Shown: in pieces, positions 62,198 to 64,000 of the stretch
Numbering within the stretch: the stretch's first letter is position 1
Layout of the letters: every line of letters begins with the position of its first letter
Assembly: GCA_964658305.1 (NCBI GenBank)
Contig: OZ210885.1
Location: forward strand, 5,518,001-5,582,000
Reading direction: 5' to 3'
Source: Leptogorgia sarmentosa
Lineage: Eukaryota
DNA length: 64,000 bases
Notes under the pieces: generated by a model
Database searches by the model: none
What the model saw: the letters and a program-made list of their open reading frames with translations, nothing else
What the model was told of the DNA's origin: nothing
Made by a program: the position numbers and the translations under genes

Positions 62198-64000
62198 CGT
62201 TGCTTTGCAGTGATCACCAATTTCCAAGTAACACTAACAGATAGATATTTTCCTAAAAAAAATTATATGAGGGGTAATATTAAAGGATTATTGACCGAAT
62301 GTGGGGTCTGTGCCGTGAAATATCAGATGCCCAAAGATAAGCCTATTGCGAGCGACATTTGCTCAAACGAGTTTGCGCAAGCGCACTAGCCACATGGTGT
62401 CATTTTACTGAACGCAGCATGGCGACTATCTCGAAGCGATGTCGACCAGAGAAAGGCTTCAAAATTGTAGAGGACGGAATAAGTTTAAAACCAGAGAAAG
62501 TAGCACACAAACGTTTAAGAAAGGCAGAGAAGTCCTTGTTCCTTCTCATTGTTTTCTTCGTACGCTGCATCAACCGAAAATATATAAAATACAGTAATCC
62601 CAACCAGCAGCCAAAACCTGGTAAACGCTGAAATCGAGATCATTGTGTAACCTTTTCAAACGCGAAATGACGGGATCTGAATTGCGCGAAAATTTAAAAT
62701 TTTCCCACTAAAATGACCGCAAGGACCCAGACTTTCTGAATCCGAGTGTACGTTTTAACATTACGCATGGCAAAATGCGTTTACGGCGCTTTATACGCGA
62801 GTCGCAGGCGCATTCACAGTGATTTTTATATAGTAAAGAATGATATATTACGCAACTTTGAGGCAAAAGCGACAGGGCTTTTTTTAACATCCAAAAGAAA
62901 GACTTACGACAAGAAATAGCGCTATAACCCAAGGAGTCCCAAGCCGAGTGTATAAATTAAGAATGTTTAATATAAACCGACATAGGCGTACGAGGCGCGG
63001 GGCGGGGGGGGGGGGGGGGGCGGGGGGGGGGGGGCGTGGAGGGCTGCAGCCCCACCAAATTTTGGGAAAGGTTGATTTTTTTGGGCACTGAAGGAAAATT
63101 TGGGCAAGTGTTTGTAGGTTGGCCTATTTTTGTTATTGTATGAAATTCATTTATCGACAATAACCATACGTTGATTCCCCTCTATTTGATTTACGTTCAG
63201 CTTGGGGGTGGGGGAGCAAAAATCCTTGATTCTAGAGTTAGACTCTGAAATGGCCATTTCCGGCGATCTAGAGACCCTAATGTTCAAAATTTTCTTCTGG
63301 GGTCAGGTTCGCCGCCCCCAAATGTTGGAAATGTTCCTACGTCCCTGTGTCACTGTTTTATGAATTAAACCCGAAGTTCTCGCAACATGCAAGAATCACT
63401 TATTTGAAATGCTTTCAGAGTTTGCTCAACTAATGATAAAGTCATACCAGCCGCAGCCTGCAGAACGTTTATTCAGTGCCCTTCGCCGACCGAAAACATG
63501 CATACCTCCGCAACACGATGAGTCAAGCGCGGGTGAAGAGCATCGCATATGCAAACACTGTCATGAATGATGCGATTGAGCGCATTATTGGCATATTTGG
63601 CAGCAGAAAGAGAAGAAACAGTTTCTTTTTTTGAAGCGCGCATTTTAATAGCGCCATTGTATACGTTAATCGCGAACGAACGCAATAATTATATATTATA
63701 GAACAGTGGAATTCGTATTTAGTTACTTGTTTAAATACATAATATTTTTTGGGCAATGTGGAATTTTTTGGGCAAATAGGCTCCCGCCCCCCCAATCCCC
63801 CCCCCCTCCCCAGAATTTACCGGTCCCGTACGCCCATGTAAACCGAGAAATGAGGTATTTTAGGGAAAAAAGCCATGTTTTCATTGCGCGATTGTATTAC
63901 GCGTGTGACCTGACACCTGATACTTCTGACCTAATGGCATTACATGTTTTGCCATTGGCCGAGGTTTTTCAGTATGGACTATGGACCGAGCGACGAAGGA

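Overview
Eukaryotic, AT-rich, intron-containing animal DNA. The gene content and repeat style suggest a marine invertebrate such as a cnidarian, but this is an inference. The minus strand carries three kinds of host gene: (i) a PRDM9-like gene (SSXRD-like motif, zinc knuckle, PR/SET domain with intact catalytic tyrosines, 16 tandem 84-bp C2H2 fingers) that runs off the left edge; (ii) four secreted PAN/apple + fibrinogen-related domain (FReD) genes; (iii) an ABCC4/MRP-like transporter. Two near-identical, oppositely oriented copies of a 6.5-kb Mutator-type DNA transposon are present. Copy 1 (2528-9030) has a 9-bp TSD and lies in a PRDM9 intron. Copy 2 (28230-34720) has no TSD and lies in ABCC NBD1 together with a ~31-bp deletion. 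The 793-aa ORF in the track appears to be only the last exon of the element's gene. Seven upstream GT-AG exons join it in frame, predicting a ~1181-aa protein: OTU-like cysteine protease, duplicated SIM/NLS-like exons, GCM-like DNA-binding domain, MULE DDE core, SWIM finger and a C-terminal zinc module. The TIRs are arrays of CGCGGGT, which matches the core of the GCM transcription-factor binding site. The window also contains many MITEs, a truncated LINE and recurrent strand-asymmetric hairpins with GNA triloops and CGAG:CGAG mismatches. All gene models were spliced by eye and no database searches were run.
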